A stretch of 64,000 nucleotides of DNA, taken from the NCBI RefSeq assembly GCF_009914755.1, contig NC_060934.1. One strand, 5' to 3'. The position numbers and the translations under genes are program-made. This document shows, in pieces, positions 26,716-37,865 of the stretch (positions are counted from its first letter, which is position 1; each line of letters opens with the position of its first letter). This stretch comes from the human T2T-CHM13v2.0 reference genome, Homo sapiens. Below the pieces are notes generated by a model. The model was given only the letters and a program-made list of their open reading frames with translations, was not told the DNA's origin and did not search any database.

Positions 26716-28055
26716 AAGACTCAGTCCAATCCAATAATTTCATAGTTTCTTTAGGTAGTATCCATAATGTTCTGATACTTCAGATAGCCACCCACTATTC
26801 TTGCTTCTTCTCCTAAAATCTAGTCTGGAAATGTGGTGGGAAGAGAGAGTCACCTATGGGAAAGAGTCAATCTCTTTCAGAATAACATCATATCCTTCCT
26901 CTGGTCTCTGAGATGGAGTCTTATTTTGACAAAGATATTGCTCTCCCTCTTACAGGATGTGGCCAGTCAGTATGACCTGATCTAAGCCTGCTACACTTAG
27001 TACTGTGGCCACATTGTACTTACTGGTACAGATCTCCGACCTGCCATATTTTGTCTGCAGCCTGTTGGCCTGGTCTTGTCATGCTACAGTGAGCCCCACA
27101 GCAAGCCTGTTGGCTCCTAACTCAGAATCCATGTGATGTAAGAACTAAGGAGACTCCAAAAAGCAAAGCCTGGGAACCTCCCTTCACCTGATTGCTGTAA
27201 TAACCTGGCATACTTTGATGAGGCTGCAACTGGGTTAATGTGGGGGAACCTTGCCCTACATGTTATCATTGTTCCTGAAGGCCTAGACAGGTGATAACTG
27301 GAAATAAAGCATGAAACACTTTGTGACAAAGAGGGGAGAAATCTAACTTAATAAAGAAGATATTACAAATTGGGGATGCATCAGCGATAACAATAATCAG
27401 ATTAGAAGCTACCATCTATTGAGAACCAACTATGGCAGGCACTCTACACTCACAATCTCCTCTAGTTGTCCCTCGAATCCCTCCAGATGGTTATTATTAC
27501 CTCCATTTTAAACATAGTACTTTGGAAGGTACAGATTACATAGGGAAGTGGAAGAGCCTGGCTTTAAGCTTAGGTTTGTTGGACTTAAAATTCTGGGATC
27601 TGTCCATTGAGTCATGGCCAAGATCAGTCATCTATTTTTACTTAACAGTGATTAATTTTGTTAGTCATTCAACCATAGTCTTTGGCAGTGGTCTCTAAAC
27701 TTTATTGACTACTCACTCATTATTTAAAATAATTTGAGTACATACTACCCAAAATGTGTGTTTTAAAATTTATGTATAGGGCATATGTGCATACATGAAA
27801 TAATGTACTATATCTGTTACAGAACTTATCCAAAAATAGAAATTTTTAAACTATGAATAACAAAGAATAGAATTTTACTAACTTCTTCCTGAAACCCTAG
27901 GCATGATTATGTGAGCTCCATAAAATGGTACACACTCCACCTTGGAGTGTGGTTTATCTGAATAAATAGACATGATCATTGAACATGTTGAAAAATCCAA
28001 GTGACAGATTGATTCTCACATGATGCAGAAGTTGGACTTTTGAAAACTGAAACAA

Positions 28056-28187
28056 AAACATTAAATTGAACCTGTGTCCCTTCCACATACCTCAGATACA
28101 GTTTAGTCTGGCAATGTAGGCAAACGTTAAATTGAACCTGTATCCCTTCCACATACCTCAGATACAGTTTAGTCTGGTAATGTAGGC
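28056..28187. repeat. Direct tandem duplication, 2 x 66 bp, 3 mismatches
   Basis: aaacRttaaattgaacctgtRtcccttccacatacctcagatacagtttagtctggYaatgtaggc at 28056-28121 and 28122-28187. Confidence 0.96.
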
Positions 28188-28898
28188 TTCCCCACCTACT
28201 GTGCCTCTCTAAAGAAAAGGACCTAATTCAGAAGAGTAGGAAGTTAAGCATTTTTCTGAAATTTAATGAAAGCATAAAGTTAACTATACCCAGTTGCATT
28301 TTACAAGGTAAGACTTTTCATTCATAAATGGTAACATAAGCCAAGAATAACTACACAGAGTGTAGCAAAAAGAAACCTGTGATCCATATATCTCATTCTG
28401 GAAGGGAAGATGATGCTAGTGCCAAGAATGGCCAAGATGGCATTTGCATAATATAATATAACTCAGGACCATCAGATAATTCACCAGAAATCAGAAGATA
28501 GAGGAAGAGACCTTCATTTCTGACCATGACTCTGCCATTGACTAGCTATGCGGTGTTTTACCTCACTTGGTTTTACTTTTTGTCTGAAAAATATAATATC
28601 TACCAAAATACTTTAAAAATCCAATGCAAAGAAAAAACAGTTCAAATGTCAGACTTGGCTACCTTAACTTAGGGATGGTGCCCGATTATTCAGTCTCCTG
28701 AAGTACCTTCACACGGTGATTACTTGATAATGTTTTGTTGGGCTGACTTTATTTAACTGAATACCAACAGTTATCAAGACTGATAGGGCGTGGATGACAC
28801 TAACATGCAAGTATTGTGTGCCGGTTGTGATTGAAGCATGGAGGAGTAGCTGGCTCACAGAAGTCCCTTCTGTGGCAGGGTTGTGTGTGTAGGAAGGA

Positions 28899-29286
28899 TG
28901 TATTACTTTGTTCTCACATTTCTAATAAAGACATACCTGAGACTACATAATTTATAAAGGGAAGAGGTTTAACTGACTCACAGTTCCACCGTGCTGGGGC
29001 GGCCTCAGGAAACTTACAATCATGATGGAAGGCACCTCTTTAGAAGGCAGCAGGAGAGAGAATGAGTGCCTAGCTAAGGGGAAACCCCTTATAAAACCAT
29101 CAGATCTCATGAGAACTCATTATCATGAGAACAGGATGGGGGAAACCACACCCATGATTCAATTATCTCCACCTAGTCCCTCCTGCGGCGCGTGGGGATT
29201 ATGGGAACTACAATTCAAGATGAGATTTAGGTGTGAAAACAGCCAATTCTTTCTCCCCACAGATGTGGTGGGGACAAACCGTATCA
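28899..29286 (-). mobile_element. MSTA/THE1-like MaLR solo LTR
   Basis: tgtattactttgttctcac...ggcctcaggaaacttacaatcatg...aaaccgtatca. Confidence 0.9.
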
Positions 29287-29919
29287 GATGTATCCAGAAA
29301 GAAGAGGAAATTAGACTGCACAAAGAGGAAAGAGAATGAAAGACACAGCTAACAAGGCTCAGACAAACTGAATGCCAACCAGAGTCAGCTCTGGCTGCTT
29401 GAGATGGCGAAACGGTCCCTCAACCACACTGTGGCTCTCTCTTGGGTCAGTCTGTGCACAGAGACCTGGGTGTGCAGGTTGGTAGACAGGGGTTCACACA
29501 AGCAGACATCGAGGCAGAAGAGGCCACTTTCTCACCCTCGTCCCATACCCCTCCTTCCCTACTCCAAGTTTGAACTGTTTTCAAACTATTTGCCTTCTAG
29601 GCAACCTTGATGTCCATTTTAATTTCTTTGCACCTTGCAAAACGTTAATGGTTTTCAAAAAGGCACAGGCCCCATTTGATTTCTCTCTGGAGCTGCTTTC
29701 CTCGGATCTGTGCTGTTGCAGCCTTCATTGCAGCCAAGTGATGCTCATTTTCATTTCCACCTCGTGGCATCTGCTTGGCCATATACTTACCCCTCATCTC
29801 GGTAAAAACTGGTTACACATGTAATCAAGATTTTGGAGCAAGACCTTTCCCATGTGTCCACAATAGTGGATTGGAGGGGCAATAATGAGAAGGAGATTAG
29901 TTGTTCTTTATTATAGCAC

Positions 29920-31110
29920 TGAAGATAAATCAAAGATGGATACATCCGACTGCATCGGAACTATGAAAGTCTGTAAATGAAAAGTCATTAAGACTGTTAC
30001 AATGAAAGCCACAAAGTGGGGAAAGATAGTTGCAATGTATGCATCTGACTAAAGGCTTGTCTCCAGAATATATGAAGTCAATCCTACAAATAAATCCATG
30101 AGAAAGCCATCCCAATCTTTAAAAGTGGGCAAAAGGCTCAAGCCACCAAAAGGCGTTTAACCAAGAAGATATCCAAGTGACCAATATGTGTATTTAAAGG
30201 GCCCTTGACATAACTCGCCATCAGAGAAATGCAAACGAAAACCGCAATGAGACACACAGTCGGAATAGCTACACTTGAAATGGCAAACAGTAAAACATTC
30301 TGGTGCAAACATGAAGCAGCTAGAGCTCTCACACAGTGCTGATGGGGGTGTAAACTGGTGCAATCAGTTTGCAAATCTGTTTGGCATTTCTAATAAAGCT
30401 GAATATACCTTATGATGTGCCTTATGATCCAGCAACTCCACTACTGGGGATAGAAATGTGCATTCGTGCCTCAAGAGGCATACATAAACATGTTGATAGA
30501 AATACTATTCACAGTAGGCCAAATCTGGAAACATCTAATGTTCATCACAGGAGAATGAGTGAATAAATTGTAGGATACTCATAAAAGGGACTAATAAGAT
30601 TTTCAAAAATGCAACCAACTCAGATCCATGCAACCACTTGGAAGAATTTCACAAATATAAAGCTGGATGAAAAAATCAGACAAAGAAGCACATATTCTTT
30701 ATGATTCCATGTATATGAAGTGTAAAATTAGGTAAAACTACCTGATGGTGATAAAAGTCAGGAGACTTTTAAAAATGGGATCCCATTTATATAGTGTACA
30801 AAAATAGGCCCAGCTAAGCTGTGCAGTGAGGAGTAGGGATCCTGGTTACCCTGGTAGGGGTTAGAAACAAAGAAGGAGTACAAGGACTCTCCGAAGTGCT
30901 GGTAATGTTTTGCTGGAGATTTTTAAAAATAGGAAGCAGGAAGTGGCCATGACTTGGGAGAGGATCAAGGGGAACTCTAGATGTTGTTAGTTCTCTGTTT
31001 TCTTATCTGAGCAGAAGTTATCTTGGTGTTTTTATTTTGTGAAAATTCATGGAGCTGTTTGTGGGCAATGTATGCTTTTTTCTGTATGTATGTCATATTG
31101 CAATGAAGAG
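29920..31110 (+). mobile_element. Old L1ME-like ORF2 C-terminal and 3'UTR fragments
   Basis: agagaaatgcaaacgaaaaccgcaatgaga; ccttatgatccagcaactccactactggg; ttttgtgaaaattcatggagctg. Confidence 0.7.
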
Positions 31111-31232
31111 TTTACTTGTTTTGAACTTCGATGGAAAGCTAATTTGATAGAGCACTTTGATAAGTACCCCAGAGTGATTGCTCTGTGATATGTAGAAACT
31201 AATCCCTGTCTTCCTAAAGAGTGACTGGAAGA

Positions 31233-31770
31233 AGCCATCCCATTACTGGGTATATACCCAAAGGATTATAAATCATGCTGCTATAAAGACACATGCACAT
31301 GTATGTTTATTGCGGCACTATTCACAATAACAAAGACTTGGCACCAACCCAAATGTCCAACAATGATAGACTGGATTAAGAAAATGTGGCACATATACAC
31401 CATGGAATACTATGCAGCCATAAAAAAGGATGAGTTCATGTCCTTGGTAGGGACATGGATGAAGCTGGAAACCATCATTCTCAGCAAACTATGGCAAGGA
31501 CAAAAAACCAAACACTGCATGTTCTCACTCATAGGTGGGAATTGAACAATGAGAACACATGGACACAGGAAGGGGAACATCACACACCGGGGCCTGTTGT
31601 GGGATGGGGGAGGGGGGAGGGATAGCATTAGGAGATATACCTAATGTAAATGACGAGTTAATAGGTGCAGCACACAAACATGGCACATGTATACATATGT
31701 AACTAACCTGCACGTTGTGCACATGTACCCTAAAACTTAAAGTATAATAAAAAAAAAATAAAAAAAAGAA
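31233..31770 (+). mobile_element. 5'-truncated L1PA5-like 3' end
   Basis: ORF2 C-terminus MFIAALFTITKTWHQPKCP...FSLIGGN; 3'UTR taatgtaaatgacgagttaa...cttaaagtataat plus A tail. Confidence 0.93.
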
Positions 31771-33069
31771 ATCATTAGAAATTGTCAGAAATTAGATTCA
31801 AAGATGCTGAAATGTTCCATGACCTGGGAAACTTACTCTGAAAATGATCTGCAACCCTACAGAGGAAAAGGGAGGATGCCTCGGTAACACGACAGCAAAG
31901 GCAGAGATAGAGAGGCATCGGTGCAGTCAATGCCATGGGAGAATCATTAATTGATTCCATGCTGGAAAAATCACCTTCATCTTCAGTTCACACGGACAGA
32001 CCTTAGGAGAGAACCATTCAAGACACCAACCCGTGCCTTTTTAGATCCTGAAAAAACTTTCTGAATATAATGAGTCCCAAAGGGCTCGTCACCTGTGTTT
32101 CCAGCACTATACTCTGTATTAGATATTATATCACCACAAGCAACTTTTCATCAGCATTCAGAGCTCAAAATACATGTGCACACCCACACGAAGAAAAAAA
32201 CATTTATTATGCCCAAGTCTTTATTGTAGTCATTTCATGGGGCCCATTTCCTCTGTGAAACTTCAAATCAATTTCCTTGGGATGCCATTTAAGATGATTC
32301 ATCCCCATTTTTTTTCCCATTTCTTATTAAAGACCTTAAGCTTTCTGGAACAGAAGGCCTGATTTCCTTGTGCACTCTCTGCCTCTCATTTTCCCTTTTG
32401 TTTGTTACATTTTCTTTTCGGGTTTTCTGAGAAGGACCAAAGTGTCTGAAATCTGTTGATGAATCATTTGTTCTCATTGTGTCCTTCCCCACCAAGCCAC
32501 AGCACACAATACATTTCCAGAAAATCCACTTCCTTCATCCCAGCCCATGTGGCTGCATTGATTCAAAGAAACTCCCCCTCTCTGAGACTCAAGTAGGTGG
32601 CTGCAGAAAAGGAATTCTGGGTTTGGTGCCAGTGCCAAGAGGAGACTAAGGAGGGCTTCTCCTATCTCTATCATATACCTCATATTTTGATGTGAGCATC
32701 TGGAAATTACTCCACTGTATTGCACTGCAATGGAATAATCTCCAAATTATAGTAGAATAATTTCCAAATTATCATATAATAATTTTCAGGTGCCCATGCT
32801 GTCATCAATTCCTTTAAGGCATCCTTTGTATAGAAATTCTGTATTCTTCACTCTATCCAGGTCAACGAGGAATGCCTCGTGGTCTGTTTGACAAGCCTAT
32901 AAAATAAGTAACACTTACATGATAGGTGTATTAGAGAAATTCTAAACAAAATGCTGGAACAAGTGGGCTTCTCCAGCATTCCTTAGCTCCCCAGTTCTCC
33001 ATCCTTTTACCCTTCCTACCATCTGTCCCACTGCATGTCCTTGAGAGCTCAGGTCCCTGATAATTCCTC

Positions 33070-33439
33070 TGTTATGAACTGAATGTTGTGTTCCCCCTCA
33101 AAATTCACATGATGAAATCCTAACACCCCTCAATGGGATGATATTATGTGGTAGAGCCTTTGGGAGATGATTAGGTCGTGGAGGTGAAGCCTCTAAGAAT
33201 AGGATTAGTGCCCTTACAAGAAGAGATGTGAGAGCTTGCCCTCACTCTCTCCCACTCCCCAGGTGAGGACACAGCAAGAAGGCAGCTGTCTGCAAACCAG
33301 GAAGAGAGCCCTCACCAGGTCAGATCTTCCAGCATCTTGATCTTGGACTTCCAGCCTCCAGAACTGTGAGAACCAAATTCCCACAGTTTGACCCCTAGTC
33401 TGTGGTATTCTGTGATAGCAGCCCAAGCAGACTAAGACA
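33070..33439 (+). mobile_element. MLT1A0-like MaLR solo LTR
   Basis: tgttatgaactgaatg...ggacttccagcctccagaactgtgaga...gcagactaagaca. Confidence 0.9.
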
Positions 33440-33499
33440 TCTCCCTCTAAGGTGTTTATCATCTCAGGATTTTGGGTGCAGACAAGTTTCCTTTTACTG

Positions 33500-34110
33500 G
33501 TTCAATGATTGATTCATTCGTTTTACAAAGATCTATGACGTATCGGTTTTGTGCAGGTCCTAAGCTAGATGCTGGGAATACAATTGTGGGTGCTACAAAC
33601 ACTATCCCTGCTCATAATGTAGAGGGAGAGACAGCCCCTCTCACATCTTCATAAAGACATGTGCAACTCCAGTGATTTCAAGTGATATGAAGTAGCAGAT
33701 AGATGATGCCACTAAAGCATATTTTTATCTTATTCAGCTAATGCTCACAGGGTACATACAATATACCAGGCACTGTTTCAAGCACTTTTCAAATATTAAC
33801 TAATTTAATACTCCTAACAACCCTAGGAGGGAAGCATTGCATTGATGCCATTTTACAGATGACAAAACTGAGGCACAGTACATTAAGTTGTTTATAAACA
33901 CACAGTTGGTGTATGGCAAAGGCAGATTTGGAGCCCATGCAATCTAGTCCTGGGGGTTATATTCTGAACCTCTTGGCTTGTTGCAAAATAATGAGGATAT
34001 TTACCTAACTATGAGAATCAAAGGAAAGCTTCCCTGAGGAAGTGTGAATGGAGCTGAGACAAGAAAGAAGAGGAGATGTTAAAAGTGCATGAGGGTGCGG
34101 GTTGGAGGTG
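33500..34110 (-). mobile_element. L2 3' fragment with nested MIR (~33735-33975)
   Basis: gattcattcgtttt...ctagatgctgggaatac; MIR core ccattttacagatgacaaaactgaggcacag; aaagcttccctgaggaagtg. Confidence 0.65.
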
Positions 34111-34894
34111 TAAGTGTCCTGAGAAAGAAAGAAGGACCGCATAACTGGGCACCTGAGTGCATTTTTAGTAGTTCAAAAGCCAAAAATCTGCCTTACCCTC
34201 TATAAACTAACTGCAGTTCTATGTGAATGTTTCTGACCTTTGAAAGAATTATTCAGAAGAGTGGGAACCTGAGAGTAGTGGCCATTACCCCTCTGCCCAC
34301 CTTCTCCTTGGACTGGCTTGTGTTTGCTTTGTCTCCTTGCCAGCCTTGCTGGGTGCAAACCTCAGAAAGGATGACTTCGATGAGGGTGGCTTACATTTGG
34401 GGATTTTTTCTCCTTACAAAAGTAAACACTTATTGCAGCAGTAAGAAAACCATCTCAATAGGCCAGAATAAAAGAGTCTGAGGAATTGGTTGCAGGAAAA
34501 CTGCTTATTTCACTGATGGTTCACGGCTCTTTTGGTCATTGGTAGTGTCATCATAATCCCTAACATTTTAACTCAAAAGAGGTTCTGCTCCTCAAGACGG
34601 GCTAAGTGGCACAGCGGCTGCGCTGGCACACAGCCACAGGTGGGAGGTGGCGAGACAGTGAGGTGCTCTGTATGGCGGGTGGTCCCCTGAGGGAGGTCAT
34701 GCTTGTCACTCCAACTCATCCAGCCCTGATGGATGGAACTGGGGTGACAGGGTGCTGCTGCGGTGGCGCCCGGGCATCCTATCTCTGTAAGAGCAAGCAG
34801 AAGAGTTGAATAATACAAACAGGCTGTGAAAAGTCATCACGGGAGAACGTGTCTGTTACAAAGATGCTGAGCTTGCCCATGCCGCGTTCACAGA

Positions 34895-35115
34895 GGAGCT
34901 CCAGAGTCAGAATGCCTGGCTGGAGTCCTGGTCCTGCCAATCACGGGCCCTGGGACTGTGGAAAAGTTGTTAAACTGTTTGTGTTTCATCTGAAAACTGG
35001 AGGAGACAGCATACCTACCTCACAGGGGAGTAAAGGATTCAACGAGTTAATGTGCATGAAGCGCCCCCTCACAGTAAGCACCACGTGAATGGCGGTGACC
35101 ATCATCATCATCATC
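34895..35115 (+). mobile_element. MIR SINE
   Basis: gagtcagaatgcctggctggagtcctgg...tttcatctgaaaactgg...atacctacctcacaggg. Confidence 0.7.
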
Positions 35116-35383
35116 AATGCACCTGATGTGAGACCTGGGGAGGGCTTTTCCCCCTCTTCCTTGAGACACCTACCCTTCCGAATCCCATTCTACAGGTCCA
35201 TGCTTTTGTTCTTCCTCTCTCCTGTTTCCCCATTTTCATCCCCTGACTCCTCTCCATCCCATGCCCACCTTTTCTTCCCGAGCCGAATCCCATTGCATGT
35301 GTGAGCGCTAAAGCATCCTTTCTATGTTAAAGTCTGCAGGTGACTGTTACAACCATAGCACACCCACCTTTCTCATCAGTTGC

Positions 35384-36284
35384 TGTGTTCATTTTCTAGG
35401 GCCGTCCTGACAAAGTTCTGTGAATTAAGTGGCTTAAAACAATAAAAATTTTGTTTTCTCACAGTTCTGGAGGCCAGAAGTCCAAAATCAATGCGTTGGC
35501 AGGGTTGGTTCCTCCTGAGAGCTGTGAGGGAGAACCTGCCCTGTCCTCTGTCCAGCTTCAGGTGTCACTAGCCAGCCCAGGCATTTTCTAGCATTTAGTG
35601 CGTGACTCTCATCTCCATCTCTGTCTTCACTTGACATTCATTTCTGTGTCTCTTCTGTTCTTATAAGGACAGCAGCCATTGTGAGGTGGGAGGCACGGGT
35701 CAGACACTGGACCAAATTGAGGACTAGCTAAAACAGGGACCGAGTAGAAGCAGCTTTCCCTAAAACATGCCCACTGGTGTGCATGCCAGTTTACCATTGC
35801 CATGGCAACACCCGGGATTCACCACCCCTTTCCATGGCGATGACCTGATAACCCAAAAGTTACCACCTTTTTTTCTAGCAATTTCTGCATAAACTGCCCC
35901 TTAATCTAAATATAATTACAAGTAGGTATAAATATGACTGCAAAACTGCCCTGAGCTGCTGCTGTCAGCACACTGCCTGTGGGGTAGCCCTGCCCTGCAG
36001 GAGCAGTCATGGAGCTGTAACACTGCTGCCTCAGTAAAGCTGTTTTCTTCCACCTATCGCCAGCTTGCCCTTGAATTCTTTCCTGGCTGAAGCCAAGGGC
36101 CCTGATGGGTTAAGCCCCACTTTGGGGCTCGCCTGCCCTGCATCAATTGGATTAGGGTCCACCCTCCTCCACTGTGACCTCATCTTAACTAATTAGATCT
36201 GCAAAGACCCTGTTTCCAAATAAGCTCACACTCTGGTGTTCCGGGTGAACATGAATTTAGGGGCCCACTATTCAACCCAGTACA
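35384..36284 (-). mobile_element. MLT1C-like MaLR LTR, split by MER41
   Basis: tctcacagttctggaggccagaagtccaaaatcaa...ggattagggtccaccct...attcaacccagtaca; perfect TSD gttgc. Confidence 0.9.
35682..36145 (+). mobile_element. MER41-family (D/E-like) ERV1 solo LTR
   Basis: TG...CA ends; gaccaaattgaggactagctaaaacaggg; ends ttggggctcgcctgccctgcatca; 4-bp TSD attg. Confidence 0.85.
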
Positions 36285-37162
36285 GTTGCCGGAAAGAATA
36301 TTCTTTTTAGATGTGTTGACCAGACAATCACAGGTCTGGAAGGAGGTGAGAAATCCATGTGCTTTAAGAAACTGCTTCAAAGGAACCTCAGCTGAAGCTG
36401 GACTGCCTGGCCCATCTTTCCAATTTGCTTTGCATTCTGAATATGCATCTAGGACTATAAATACATTGGTGATGTGCACATTTTCTGTCTTTTTCTCTGT
36501 AAGTGGATGAAATCCCCAATCCTGGCAGAAGCTAGAGACAGAGACAGTAGACCCCTGAATAATCACCACTGTTGGGGTCCTGCCTGCTGAGGAGTGTCAA
36601 GCTCATGCCCTGTGCAACAAAAGGCCGCGGACAGAGAAGGGCAGGAGCTTCAGATGTAGAGCATTTCCCCCTCTTGGACAAATGCACAGTTAGATGCTTC
36701 GCTGCCCTACAGTGGCCTTATCTTTTGAACTCAGATACTGAGGTTCTTCCAGAGAAAATTGCATTCAGGAGAATTTTAAAGTGCGACAAAAGAAGCATAA
36801 GAAGTACAGATGATCTAATCTTAGTGGTCTTCTAGGTGAACTTCAGGGACCTTTCACAGAGGCTGCTCTGGGAGGATTTTAAGCCATCAGAGAATCCAGG
36901 AATCAGCTATGACCAGCAGATACTAGAAATACTGCAGTGGGTGCCAAGCAAGCACAGAGCTGGGCTAGAGGGAGGTGGCAGGAGGTAACCCTAGGGAGAT
37001 GAAGGCCCTTCAATCGACCAGCCCTGCTCTCTAGAGTCCACACCCACTGGGCAGGGGCCAACCTTGTGTCAGAAGCCTGTGTCCAGGGGCCTGCCTGCCC
37101 TCCTTCCTGTCTTCCACTTCAAAAATTGTGATTAACACATCCCCAAATGTCTCCACAAGGCC

Positions 37163-37427
37163 TGTGAGTGTGCCTGTGTGTGTGCAAGTGTGCATGAGTT
37201 TGTGAGTGTGTATGTGTGTGCATGTGTGTTTGAGTGTGCATGTGAATGTGCCTTTGTGTGTGCAAGTGTGCATGCATGAGCATGTGTGAGTGTGTGTGTG
37301 CGCGCATGTGTGTTTGAGTGTGCATGTGTGGGTGACTTTGTGTGGGCAAGTGTGTATGCATAAGCATGTGTGAGAGCTTGTGTGTTCATGTGTGTGTGTG
37401 TGAGTGTGTTTGTGAGTGTGCATGCAG
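37163..37427. repeat. TG-rich degenerate repeat with ~78-84 bp higher-order unit
   Basis: gcaagtgtg recurs at 37184, 37262 and 37346; tgtttgagtgtgcatgtg recurs 84 bp apart. Confidence 0.85.
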
Positions 37428-37664
37428 TCAGACAGTTTAGGGCTATGCTGTCTTCTATGTCACAGCAAAGATTCTCAAGCAATAATGACACTGGTCACTT
37501 GGAAGGCTCCCAGCTGGGTCCTGCCCATTTTCATCCTAATGAAATTGTCATCCAAGCAGCTTTGGCCCAGGTGAGTGCAGAGGTCAAGGGGTGCCTGCTC
37601 AGAAGTGAAATTTCCTAAAGAGCTGGTCATCCGAAATATTTTTTTAAAAATTTAAATGCAGTAT

Positions 37665-37865
37665 ATCGGGAAGCACACAGGTTCAAAGTCAGTCCGACCT
37701 GGGTTTGGAAACCTTCTTCACCATTCATTAGCAGCATGAACGTGGACCAGCCAGTTAACCTCTCACTCTCCCAGTTTCCCTGTCTATAAAATGGCAATCA
37801 CATTACCTACCTAATGGGGTTATTGTGAAAATTAACAGTGTTTGTACAAAGTACCCAGCTGAGTA
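37665..37865 (+). mobile_element. MIR SINE
   Basis: agtcagtccgacctgggtttg...gttaacctctc...cagtttccctgtctataaaatgg. Confidence 0.78.

Noticed and set aside
28056-28187. CRISPR-like repeat
   Set aside because: Two abutting copies, no spacer, primate DNA
32730-32790. Short degenerate 22-bp repeats (similar micro-duplications at ~21215, ~19335 and ~49120)
   Set aside because: Ordinary slippage duplications in AT-rich DNA
34640-35075. CTCF-like motifs (gggaggtggcg, gcggtggcgc, gagggggcgc)
   Set aside because: Only the 3' half of the motif matches; not supportable without ChIP data
37031-37618. His/Thr-rich and Cys/Val-rich ORFs
   Set aside because: Translations of the TG/CA repeat (likewise the ORFs at 4388-4729)
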